DNA of 43,389 bases from Candidatus Micrarchaeia archaeon (GTDB lineage: Archaea > Micrarchaeota > Micrarchaeia > Anstonellales > J096), in assembly GCA_041500865.1 (NCBI GenBank), contig JBGQMY010000008.1:1-43389 (forward strand), given 5' to 3'. The stretch's first letter is position 1; every line of letters starts with the position of its first letter. Positions 1 through 7,294 of this stretch are shown piece after piece. Made by a program: the position numbers and the translations under genes. Under the pieces are notes generated by a model. It saw nothing but the letters and a program-made list of their open reading frames with translations. It had not been told where the DNA came from and did no database searches.

Positions 1-186
1 CTGCTATTACGACTACGATAAAATTGCCATCAGAGACTATAATCCTGACATGTGCGACAAAATCAGCAACCTAAGCAGGAAGGACGGCTGCTATTACGAC
101 TACGATAAAATTGCCATCAGAGACTATAATAATCCTGACATGTGCGACAAAATCAGCAACCTAAGCAGGAAGGACGGCTGCTACTA
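1..186 (+). repeat. Intragenic tandem repeat, 87/90-bp unit
   Basis: 1..87 and 88..177 are identical except for one extra AAT codon. A third copy begins at 178 (ctgctactac). Confidence 0.95.
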
Positions 187-277
187 CGGAATTGCCATTG
201 ATTCTCACAACTCCAGCATATGCGATAATATCGGAGACTCAAGCACAAAAAGCGACTGCCTTCTATGGTTCAAGTGA
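2..277 (+). CDS. 3' end of a Cys-rich repeat surface protein (5' truncated by window edge)
   Basis: Open frame from position 2 (CYYDYDKIAIRDYNPDMCDKI...). Repeated C-D-x-I...D-x-C-Y motif, similar to the Cys-rich C-terminal part of 3680..4858. Confidence 0.7.
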   Translation, partial: CYYDYDKIAIRDYNPDMCDKISNLSRKDGCYYDYDKIAIRDYNNPDMCDKISNLSRKDGCYYGIAIDSHNSSICDNIGDSSTKSDCLLWFK

Positions 278-291
278 TGCTGCCTTTCCTG

Positions 292-324
292 CATGCCTCC
301 ATTGTGGGCAAAAAGGGTTAAAAA
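292..324 (-). promoter_or_regulatory. Orphan copy of the conserved 30-nt cassette head plus ATG
   Basis: TTTTTAACCCTTTTTGCCCACAATGGAGGC-ATGCAGGAAAGG, nearly identical to the head at 2185..2217 including the first four codons (MQER). Confidence 0.75.
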
Positions 325-1128
325 TCAGGATGAAACGCATTCCCTGAACTGCGCCAGGAATGAGTCTGACGCTTCTACGCCCAGCGTGTCATAAAGCAGC
401 GGCGTTACCTTGAAAAGCTGCGTAATTTCTTTGTGCCCGTTGAGTGCGGCAAAATACTTGGCTGTGTCGCCGGCGTAGTCAGCCATGGCAACCAACTCCC
501 TTGCCTTGCCGCCAGCCTTTGCATATTCATTTACCAGAAAGACGCATGTTTTTGTGTGTCCATGAATTGCGGCCTCGTGCAAGGCAGTCCTGCCCCTGCG
601 GTCCTTTGCGGCAATCAGCCTATTTACGTCGCCGCCGGATTCCGCGCATTTCCGTATTATCATGGCGCATACTTTGGTATGCGCGCAAATTGCGGCGTTG
701 TGCAGGGCCGTGTATCCGTCCCTGTCCTTTGCAGCGATATCCGCGCCGTTTTCAAGCAGCAGCTTGCAGATTTTGGCGTATCCGTTCCATGCGGCTGACA
801 TCAGCGGCGTCTTGCTGCTGCTGTTGCTCCTTATGTTTACGTCCGCGCCTTTTCCAATCAGCAGGGCGCAGGCTTGGGCATGCCCATTTGCTACAGCATA
901 CATCAGTACAGGCGCGTCGGAATCAAACATTGCGTTTAAGTCTGCGCCGACCTTGAGCAGCCGCTCAACTCTTTTTGTCCTGCCTTGGGCAGCAGCATCT
1001 ATTAGCATGTTGTCGAGCCGCACCTGCTTTTCCGGGCTGATGGCCCGTTTCTCTGTGGATAGTTTCTTCTCGGCCAGGTGTGGCTTTTGTGATTTTTTTG
1101 TCTTGGGGATTATGAGCCGCTGCGCCAT
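325..1128 (-). CDS. Ankyrin-repeat protein (Ank1) with basic N-terminus and C-terminal FRECVSS
   Basis: Several G.T(P/A)L(H/M).AA..GH ankyrin motifs. Start placed at ATG 1128, directly after the conserved head. Confidence 0.9.
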   Translation of the reverse strand: MAQRLIIPKTKKSQKPHLAEKKLSTEKRAISPEKQVRLDNMLIDAAAQGRTKRVERLLKVGADLNAMFDSDAPVLMYAVANGHAQACALLIGKGADVNIRSNSSSKTPLMSAAWNGYAKICKLLLENGADIAAKDRDGYTALHNAAICAHTKVCAMIIRKCAESGGDVNRLIAAKDRRGRTALHEAAIHGHTKTCVFLVNEYAKAGGKARELVAMADYAGDTAKYFAALNGHKEITQLFKVTPLLYDTLGVEASDSFLAQFRECVSS

Positions 1129-1158
1129 GCCTTTATTGTGCGGCAAAGGTGTTAAAAA
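1126..1158 (-). promoter_or_regulatory. Conserved cassette head (TATA-like box plus CACAAT), leaderless
   Basis: TTTTTAACACCTTTGCCGCACAATAAAGGC-ATG. Confidence 0.75.
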
Positions 1159-1164
1159 TAAAGC

Positions 1165-1674
1165 TCACGCGAGCATGTTCTTGACGTAAAGGAAATCCTT
1201 GATGAAAAACGGGCAGAACGCATCCCTGTCCTTTGATATCATCTTTTCAAGCTCGGGAATTGAAACCCATCTTGCCTCAGAAAGCTCATCGTTCAGTTTA
1301 ACATCGCCGCTGAAATCGCCAATGAAAATGCCGGTAAAATATTTCAGCGCAACGCCGTTTGCCTTAAGTTCGTTGAACACTTTTTTCATCATGCTCAATT
1401 TGCAGCTTATGCCAAGCTCTTCCATAAGCTCGCGCCTTGCCGCATCCTCATAGCTTTCGCCTGCCGCAACATTGCCGCATGCCGAAAGGTCGTAACGTCC
1501 TGGAAAAGTCCTCTTGTTCATTGCGCGCTTTGCAATCAGGATTTTTTTGCCGTCGCGTATGAAAACCGCTACGTTCCTGGACACCAGGCCCTTGGCAATC
1601 TTGTCTTCCTTTGTGCTGGCGCCGATTACGTTATCGTCCATGTCAACAATGTCCAGCATCTCTGATTCTGCCAT
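1165..1674 (-). CDS. NUDIX hydrolase (IPP isomerase type 1/YfcD-like)
   Basis: Nudix box GNVAAGESYEDAARRELMEELGI. N-terminal LDIVDMDDNVIG and KR...KRTFPG are typical of this subfamily. Confidence 0.85.
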   Translation of the reverse strand: MAESEMLDIVDMDDNVIGASTKEDKIAKGLVSRNVAVFIRDGKKILIAKRAMNKRTFPGRYDLSACGNVAAGESYEDAARRELMEELGISCKLSMMKKVFNELKANGVALKYFTGIFIGDFSGDVKLNDELSEARWVSIPELEKMISKDRDAFCPFFIKDFLYVKNMLA

Positions 1675-1704
1675 GTCATCTCCCTTTGCGGAAGGGAATA
1701 AAAA

Positions 1705-2187
1705 TCAGGCTGCAACGCATTCCCTGAAAGCTGAAAGGAACGAGCCGAAGCTTTCCTTTCCCATCCAATCCTGCAACAGCGGAATGGAATCAAGCAACTG
1801 CATGGTGTCTTGGTACCACCAGGATGCGGCAAGAAACCTGGGCGTCCTGTGTTCATTGTCCTCTGCGGCAATCAGTTCCCTTATGTCTTTGCCGGATTTT
1901 GCATATTCCTCTATTAGCAGGATGCAGTTTTCATTGTGCCCCCGTTGTGCGGCAAAGTGCAAGGCTGTATTTCCTACAACATTCTTTGAGGCGATTTCTG
2001 CGCCGGCCCTGACGAGCTGCCTTAGTTTCTCTGTGTTATTTCCGATAATAGCGGCTTGCTGGAGTCTGTTGTTGAGCGCCTCCTGTTTATCTGCGGATGA
2101 TGCCAGGGCCTCGCTCGGCATTATGTCTGCTGTCTGTTTCGGTTTCTTTGCCTGCGCATGCCTTTGGGGCGCCTTCCTTTCCTGCAT
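1705..2187 (-). CDS. Short ankyrin-repeat protein (Ank2), C-terminal FRECVAA
   Basis: GNTALHFAAQRGH ankyrin motif. Start at ATG 2187 after the conserved head; the upstream in-frame extension is antisense to real genes. Confidence 0.85.
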   Translation of the reverse strand: MQERKAPQRHAQAKKPKQTADIMPSEALASSADKQEALNNRLQQAAIIGNNTEKLRQLVRAGAEIASKNVVGNTALHFAAQRGHNENCILLIEEYAKSGKDIRELIAAEDNEHRTPRFLAASWWYQDTMQLLDSIPLLQDWMGKESFGSFLSAFRECVAA

Positions 2188-2232
2188 GCCGCCATTGTGT
2201 GCAAAAGGGGTTAAAAACAGCACAGCAGCGCC
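2185..2232 (-). promoter_or_regulatory. Conserved cassette head with 15-nt upstream extension
   Basis: GGCGCTGCTGTGCTG-TTTTTAACCCCTTTTGCACACAATGGCGGC-ATG. The extension is shared (1 mismatch) with 17961..18008. Confidence 0.75.
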
Positions 2233-2296
2233 GCTGCCCACGTCAAAACGGTAATATTTATAAATACAACGAGCATAAATTATAGTTGGTGGTAGA

Positions 2297-2533
2297 ATGG
2301 GATTAATGGACTGGTTGAATTCATTTTTGGGAAGGAAGGATACAAACGAAATCAAGCTTGAGCCTGACGACGTCAAGGAGTTCGAAAAGAACGAGGATGT
2401 TGAGAAGGATCTCGAAGGAGAGGCCAGGGAACCTCCAAAGGAGGAGCCCCAAGAGGACGTCATCGTCCCGGTAAAGGCCGTCGCAAAGGCAAGGGCAAGG
2501 GCAAAGAAAAAATCAAAAAAGAGAAAGAGGTAA
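2297..2533 (+). CDS. Small hypothetical protein, acidic middle and basic tail
   Basis: SD-like ggtggt before ATG and an upstream TATA-like tract. The stop abuts the ychF start (TAAATG). Confidence 0.7.
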   Translation: MGLMDWLNSFLGRKDTNEIKLEPDDVKEFEKNEDVEKDLEGEAREPPKEEPQEDVIVPVKAVAKARARAKKKSKKRKR

Positions 2534-3670
2534 ATGCTGATTGGAATAGTGGGCAAGCCCAACTCGGGCAAGTCGACGTTCTTCTCGGCAGCTACCCATA
2601 TAGACGTAAAGATAGCCAATTATCCCTTCACCACCATAGAGCCCAATAGGGGGGTAGGATACCTGAGGAAGGCCTGCCCTTGCTTAGAGTTACACACGAA
2701 ATGCAGCCCGCAGGACTCGGTATGCATAAACGGCGTGAGGCTCATACCGGTGCAGCTGCTTGACGTGGCCGGCATAGTCCCGGATGCGCACGCCGGCAAG
2801 GGGCTCGGCCTGCAGTTCCTCGACGACATCAGGCAGGCCGACGGAATCATAATTGTGGTTGACGCATCTGGGCAAAGCGACCTTGAGGGAAACCCCGGTG
2901 ACTGCGATCCCTCAAAGGAGGTTGAGCTTGTTGAAACCGAGCTCAGGGAATGGATAAAGGGCATAATCTTCAGGAACAGGAAGGACTACGAGAACAGGGA
3001 CATCTCAAAGCTGATGGAAATACTTTCCTCGCTTAACATTGACCCGGAAAGGATGCTGCGCGCGGCAGAAAGCGCGGGCATAGACAAGGAAAAGGTCAGG
3101 ATGGACGAAAAAATCGCGGCTGCGCTTGCGGAGCAAATCGTAAAGGACAAGCCGATACTCGTTTTCGGGAATAAATCAGACAAGGGAAGAAAGGGGATAG
3201 TCTGCTCCAGGCCCGTAATCTACGGCTCAGGGGCATACGAGCTTGCGCTCGTCAAGGCGGCAAAGGCGGGCGTGATAAGCTACACGCCCGGCGATTCCGC
3301 ATTCGCGGTCAACGGAGGCACGGAAGAGCAGAGGGCGGCGCTTGCCAGGATAAAGGAATTCATGGATGCGAACAACGGAACCGGCATAACCAGGGCGCTC
3401 AATGCGATGGCCTTCGAGCTCCTTGGGTACATAACCGCCTATCCGGTGGAAGACGAGGCAAAATGGACGGACAGGAAAGGTAATGTCTTGCCTAACGTGA
3501 AGCTGATTGAGAAGGGAAAGACCGCGCACGACTTGGCTGCAACGGTCCACACCGACATAGCGAACAACATGCTTTACGCGATAGACGCACGGAAGAGGAT
3601 GAAGGTCGCGAAGGATTACATTATTAAAGACCTAGATGTAATCAAAATCGTCTCAACGGCAAAAAAATGA
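2534..3670 (+). CDS. ychF: Archaeal YchF/Obg-family translation-associated NTPase
   Basis: GKPNSGKS, NYPFTTIEPN, DVAG, GKGLG.QFLDDIRQAD, and a C-terminal TGS domain. Confidence 0.92.
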   Translation: MLIGIVGKPNSGKSTFFSAATHIDVKIANYPFTTIEPNRGVGYLRKACPCLELHTKCSPQDSVCINGVRLIPVQLLDVAGIVPDAHAGKGLGLQFLDDIRQADGIIIVVDASGQSDLEGNPGDCDPSKEVELVETELREWIKGIIFRNRKDYENRDISKLMEILSSLNIDPERMLRAAESAGIDKEKVRMDEKIAAALAEQIVKDKPILVFGNKSDKGRKGIVCSRPVIYGSGAYELALVKAAKAGVISYTPGDSAFAVNGGTEEQRAALARIKEFMDANNGTGITRALNAMAFELLGYITAYPVEDEAKWTDRKGNVLPNVKLIEKGKTAHDLAATVHTDIANNMLYAIDARKRMKVAKDYIIKDLDVIKIVSTAKK

Positions 3671-3679
3671 GGTTTTACC

Positions 3680-4858
3680 ATGGATTTAAAGAACATTGTG
3701 GTTTTGGCGCTGCTGGCGTCGTTCGCGCTGAGCCTGGGGTGCATAGGCGAAGAAACCAAGGGCGGGGCGGCAAGCCCGATTGACGCGTTCAATGCGAGCA
3801 TCAACAGGTACATCGGGCTGGTCAGGGGCGCAGGCGACTACTCGGAAAGCATAACGATGGAAATATCCAACAGGACGTCAATAGTCAACGTTTCAAGGCA
3901 CGGGAGCGACAATGCCGTCTCATTGGGGTCTGATTTTTACACATGGAGCGCAGTGGTGAAGAACAATACGACATTCCTTTGCCTGAGATTCGGGAACGAC
4001 ATGGAATGCACAAACGACAACGCCACTCTTGCAGGGACTCCGGCAAGCATAGTGGCGAGCCTGGAATCCGTGCTGTTTTCAAGGGCGCAGGCGAGCCAAA
4101 TCTCGACAAAATACAACAGTTTGCTGAGGCATGGCTCGCTCAACGTGCTGAATTTCACGAACAGCAGCGACTCATACGCCTTTGACGTGAACTATTCGCT
4201 CAAGGATTTGACCGGTGCGGAGCTTGCAAGCCTCTACCTCTCGCCGACGTCGCCCGAGGTGGGCGTAAGCACATTCAGCGAAAGGCTGGCGTTCAGGAAA
4301 TCGGACGGCATGAAAGTCGTTGACAACCTGGACTACGGTTACGCGGGGCGGAGCTATCACGAAACCAACGGCGTCACGGCGTTCTCGCAGTCTTCGGAGG
4401 CCATATCCGAGCCAATGCCGGTCAACGACACCATGTTCAGGGCGCTTTTCGCCTCGTTCTCCCAGTTCTGGACAAAGTACAACAACATAACGTCGGAAAG
4501 CGGCCTCATGGAGCTGATAATAGGATACCACATGCCGGAACTGTGCGCCAGGGCGTCAAACTTCTCCAGCTGCATAGACGCTTACACGGCAATGGCAAAG
4601 GACGCAAACGCATGCCCCCTGCTTTCAGGCGGAGACAAGGACCAATGCTGGTACTTTTTCGGGAAATTGGTAGACAATAAGGACGCATCATACTGCGCAA
4701 ACATAGCGAACGGGGCGCTGAAGGCCGATTGCCTGAAGAACGAGACTGTTTCCGCAAATTTGACAGTGCCCGGGAATGCGACTGCGCTCAATGAAAGCGC
4801 CGGGGTTCCTGCAAACGTGACTAACGGGACGATGGGCAATTACACGGCGTATGACTGA
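3680..4858 (+). CDS. Secreted lipoprotein/glycoprotein with Cys-rich repeats
   Basis: Hydrophobic signal ending LSLGC (lipobox), many N-x-S/T sequons, C-terminal C...C repeats. Confidence 0.75.
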   Translation: MDLKNIVVLALLASFALSLGCIGEETKGGAASPIDAFNASINRYIGLVRGAGDYSESITMEISNRTSIVNVSRHGSDNAVSLGSDFYTWSAVVKNNTTFLCLRFGNDMECTNDNATLAGTPASIVASLESVLFSRAQASQISTKYNSLLRHGSLNVLNFTNSSDSYAFDVNYSLKDLTGAELASLYLSPTSPEVGVSTFSERLAFRKSDGMKVVDNLDYGYAGRSYHETNGVTAFSQSSEAISEPMPVNDTMFRALFASFSQFWTKYNNITSESGLMELIIGYHMPELCARASNFSSCIDAYTAMAKDANACPLLSGGDKDQCWYFFGKLVDNKDASYCANIANGALKADCLKNETVSANLTVPGNATALNESAGVPANVTNGTMGNYTAYD

Positions 4859-4862
4859 GAAT

Positions 4863-5513
4863 TCACTTTCTTTTCTTTGCTTTTGCCTTCTTCTTAGGAG
4901 ACAGTTTGGCGGATTTCTTTGCTGCCTTTGACTTGGCGACCACCTTGCCCCTGTCATGCCTTGGCTGGAAGCTTGGCTTCGGGGCATGCGGCGCATGGGG
5001 AATGGCTGCGGCCTTTGCCGGCCTGCCGAAATACCTGTCCAAAACCCCGCTTTCAATCAGCTCCAGCGTGTTGCTGCATGACGGGCACTTGAACACCAAA
5101 TCAGCAGCGTCGTTGAACGCGAAGCTTGTGCCTATCCCGCATTGTGGGCAATAATAATGCTCCTCTTCTATGAGGTATGCGTACTTTATCCTTGCGTCCT
5201 GGTTCCTGAGCGTGTTGTTAACCCAGTCCCTGAACTTCTTCATGTCAACGGACCAGTTGTAGTAATACCAGCCTGTGTCCTCGTTCTTGGTTCTGTCATA
5301 GAAGGCTATGCCTATCTCGTTGAGCCTGTTGAGAACCGAACGCACATCGCTGACCTTTAGCCTGAGGAGGCCCGCTATCTTCTCGTCTTCCGTCTCCTTG
5401 CCTAGAAGCTTGAGGATGTCTATGGCGTTCTCCCCTGCGCAGCTTATGAGTTCCTTTCTCACGGCGTCGTTGGCCAGGAACGGGCCTATTCCCTCTGTCC
5501 TTTTGGGCATCAT
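4863..5513 (-). CDS. tfe: Transcription factor E alpha subunit with Lys/Ala-rich tail
   Basis: Winged helix (VRSVLNRLNE...GWYYYNW) plus zinc ribbon CPQC...FKCPSC. Confidence 0.9.
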   Translation of the reverse strand: MMPKRTEGIGPFLANDAVRKELISCAGENAIDILKLLGKETEDEKIAGLLRLKVSDVRSVLNRLNEIGIAFYDRTKNEDTGWYYYNWSVDMKKFRDWVNNTLRNQDARIKYAYLIEEEHYYCPQCGIGTSFAFNDAADLVFKCPSCSNTLELIESGVLDRYFGRPAKAAAIPHAPHAPKPSFQPRHDRGKVVAKSKAAKKSAKLSPKKKAKAKKRK

Positions 5514-5566
5514 GTTTCACCGCGAATTAAACTATATGCTATTACGGTGCAAACATTATATAAAGC

Positions 5567-6151
5567 TTATGGGCTTGCGACGCACTCGCTAAACGCCGAA
5601 AGGAACGAGCTGAACGCTGCCTTGCCTATTGATTTCTGCATGGATTCCATAAATCCTAGGAATCCGCATATTTCCTTGTATTCTGGGGGCGTGCGGCGCA
5701 TCATGGGCGCGGCTTGTTCGGCAATTGCGAGCGCGGTTTTGCCGTTTTTGTTCATCGCTCCAACGTCTGCGCCTTTTCTGACCAACAAGGCGCAGGTTTT
5801 TCTCTGCCTATGCATTGCCGCATACATAAGCGCAGTGTTGCCTGCCTTGTCAGTTTCGTCTATGATTGCCCCTTTATTTATAAGAAGCTTGCATGCGCCA
5901 ATGCGCCCGTTCGCTGCGGCAACCATAAGCACAGCAATGCCGCATTTGTTATCCATATTGATGCTTGCGCCTGCATCCAGCAGGCGGCCAATGGCCGTTA
6001 TCCAGCCGTCCTTGGCGGCTTTAAGGAGCGCTTCGTCCAGTCTTCTTCCTGCAAAAACCCTTTTTAGCGATTTTGCGGCGGACGCCAGCGCCTGCCTTGT
6101 GCGCTGCCGCAGCTTTTTCGGTTTGCTGGCTTCCTTCTGGCGCTGCTCCAT
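5567..6151 (-). CDS. Ankyrin-repeat protein (Ank3), C-terminal FSECVASP
   Basis: GNTALMYAA and GKTALAIA ankyrin motifs. ATG 6151 follows the conserved head. Confidence 0.88.
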   Translation of the reverse strand: MEQRQKEASKPKKLRQRTRQALASAAKSLKRVFAGRRLDEALLKAAKDGWITAIGRLLDAGASINMDNKCGIAVLMVAAANGRIGACKLLINKGAIIDETDKAGNTALMYAAMHRQRKTCALLVRKGADVGAMNKNGKTALAIAEQAAPMMRRTPPEYKEICGFLGFMESMQKSIGKAAFSSFLSAFSECVASP

Positions 6152-6181
6152 GCTCCTATTGTGCGGCAAAGCAATTAAAAA
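6149..6181 (-). promoter_or_regulatory. Conserved cassette head; A/T tract lies between two divergent genes
   Basis: TTTTTAATTGCTTTGCCGCACAATAGGAGC-ATG. The same TTAAAAA lies about 22 nt before ATG 6203 on the + strand. Confidence 0.7.
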
Positions 6182-6202
6182 CACCGGTTGCGATGCCAAT
6201 CC

Positions 6203-7294
6203 ATGGCTGCCTTGGACCTTGCTGCCGGCTTGGCCCTGATGTTCCTCCTTTCGTTCCTGCCAGGCGTGCACATCGCGCTTGTGCTGAGCCTTGTCAACAG
6301 CATGCTGTCCCCTGAGGCGCTCATGCTGATGTACGGCTCGTTCTCCGCGCTTGTCATAATACAGACCGTGATTTACGCGTATGCGCCTGGCGAGGCTGCC
6401 ATATCGCTGCCGCTGGTCCACAGGTTCCTGAACCAGGGCAGGCTCAAGGAATACGTCTTCTGCTGGCTTGCTGCCGGATTCATCGGATTAATCCTTTCGC
6501 TGGCCATACCCGGAGACTATGTCAAGGCTGCCGCAACGCTGCTCAAGCCCGTCTCATTCTACCTTGTGCTGCTTGTCCTTTTCCTGAACCTCGCGTTCAA
6601 CAGGCGCATGGGGTGGGTTTTGGGATTATTGCTTTCGGGCGCAATCGGCTATATCGGCATATCATGGCATATGGACAACCCGTTCATGCCGATATTTACG
6701 GGACTTTTCGCGCTGCCGTTCCTTGTTGGCGGGATGTCAGGAAGGACTGATAACCCCATCCGGCCGGCGCCTTACCGCATGCCGGACGCAAAAGAGACGC
6801 TGAAAGGCGCTGTGCTCGGCGTGCTGCTTGCCCTTGCCTCGTTTGGCATACCGGCCGTAGGGGCCCCTTCCGCAATGGGCGCGTTCGCGTACCCGCTGCT
6901 GAAGGACGTTTCCATGCTGTCTTTCTTCTCTTCGTTTTCTGCGTCGCAGTATTTCATGAGCTTCGCTGGCTCTGAGGCAGGCGCCCCGAGGGTGAGCGCA
7001 ACGATACAGATTGGAAATGCCGCGAAAGGCAATGAGCTGTGGTTCGTGATGGGGTACGTCGCAGGCGCCTTGCTTGTCATTGCGGTTGCGGAGCCGATAT
7101 ACAAAAGCATCAGCAGGAGCAGGGCAGGATATGCATTGGCTGCGGCAGCCATATCGCTCGCTGTTGCTGCCATGTTCGGCATTGAGGGCATTGCGCTGAT
7201 GCTTGCCTCCTACATTGTAGGAAGCAAATTTTACGACGAGAAGACGTCGCTTTTAGGGGCCGTCATAATCCCCTACCTTGTTTTTTCGCTGTGA
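6203..7294 (+). CDS. Multi-pass membrane protein, archaeal TctA/DUF112-like permease
   Basis: Hydrophobic throughout. LPGVH near the N-terminus, LP.HRFL..GR and PIFTGLFALP motifs. Confidence 0.7.
   Translation: MAALDLAAGLALMFLLSFLPGVHIALVLSLVNSMLSPEALMLMYGSFSALVIIQTVIYAYAPGEAAISLPLVHRFLNQGRLKEYVFCWLAAGFIGLILSLAIPGDYVKAAATLLKPVSFYLVLLVLFLNLAFNRRMGWVLGLLLSGAIGYIGISWHMDNPFMPIFTGLFALPFLVGGMSGRTDNPIRPAPYRMPDAKETLKGAVLGVLLALASFGIPAVGAPSAMGAFAYPLLKDVSMLSFFSSFSASQYFMSFAGSEAGAPRVSATIQIGNAAKGNELWFVMGYVAGALLVIAVAEPIYKSISRSRAGYALAAAAISLAVAAMFGIEGIALMLASYIVGSKFYDEKTSLLGAVIIPYLVFSL

Noticed and set aside
1705..2619. 304-aa ORF as a single long protein
   Set aside because: The first 144 codons are antisense to 2297..2533 and ychF and run through the promoter head. 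The real start is 2187. The same logic trims 5567..6421, 17316..18029, 16511..16948 and 18718..19866.
325..6151. Diversity-generating retroelement targeting ankyrin 3' ends
   Set aside because: No reverse transcriptase or non-coding template repeat in the window, and differences between tails are not adenine-restricted.
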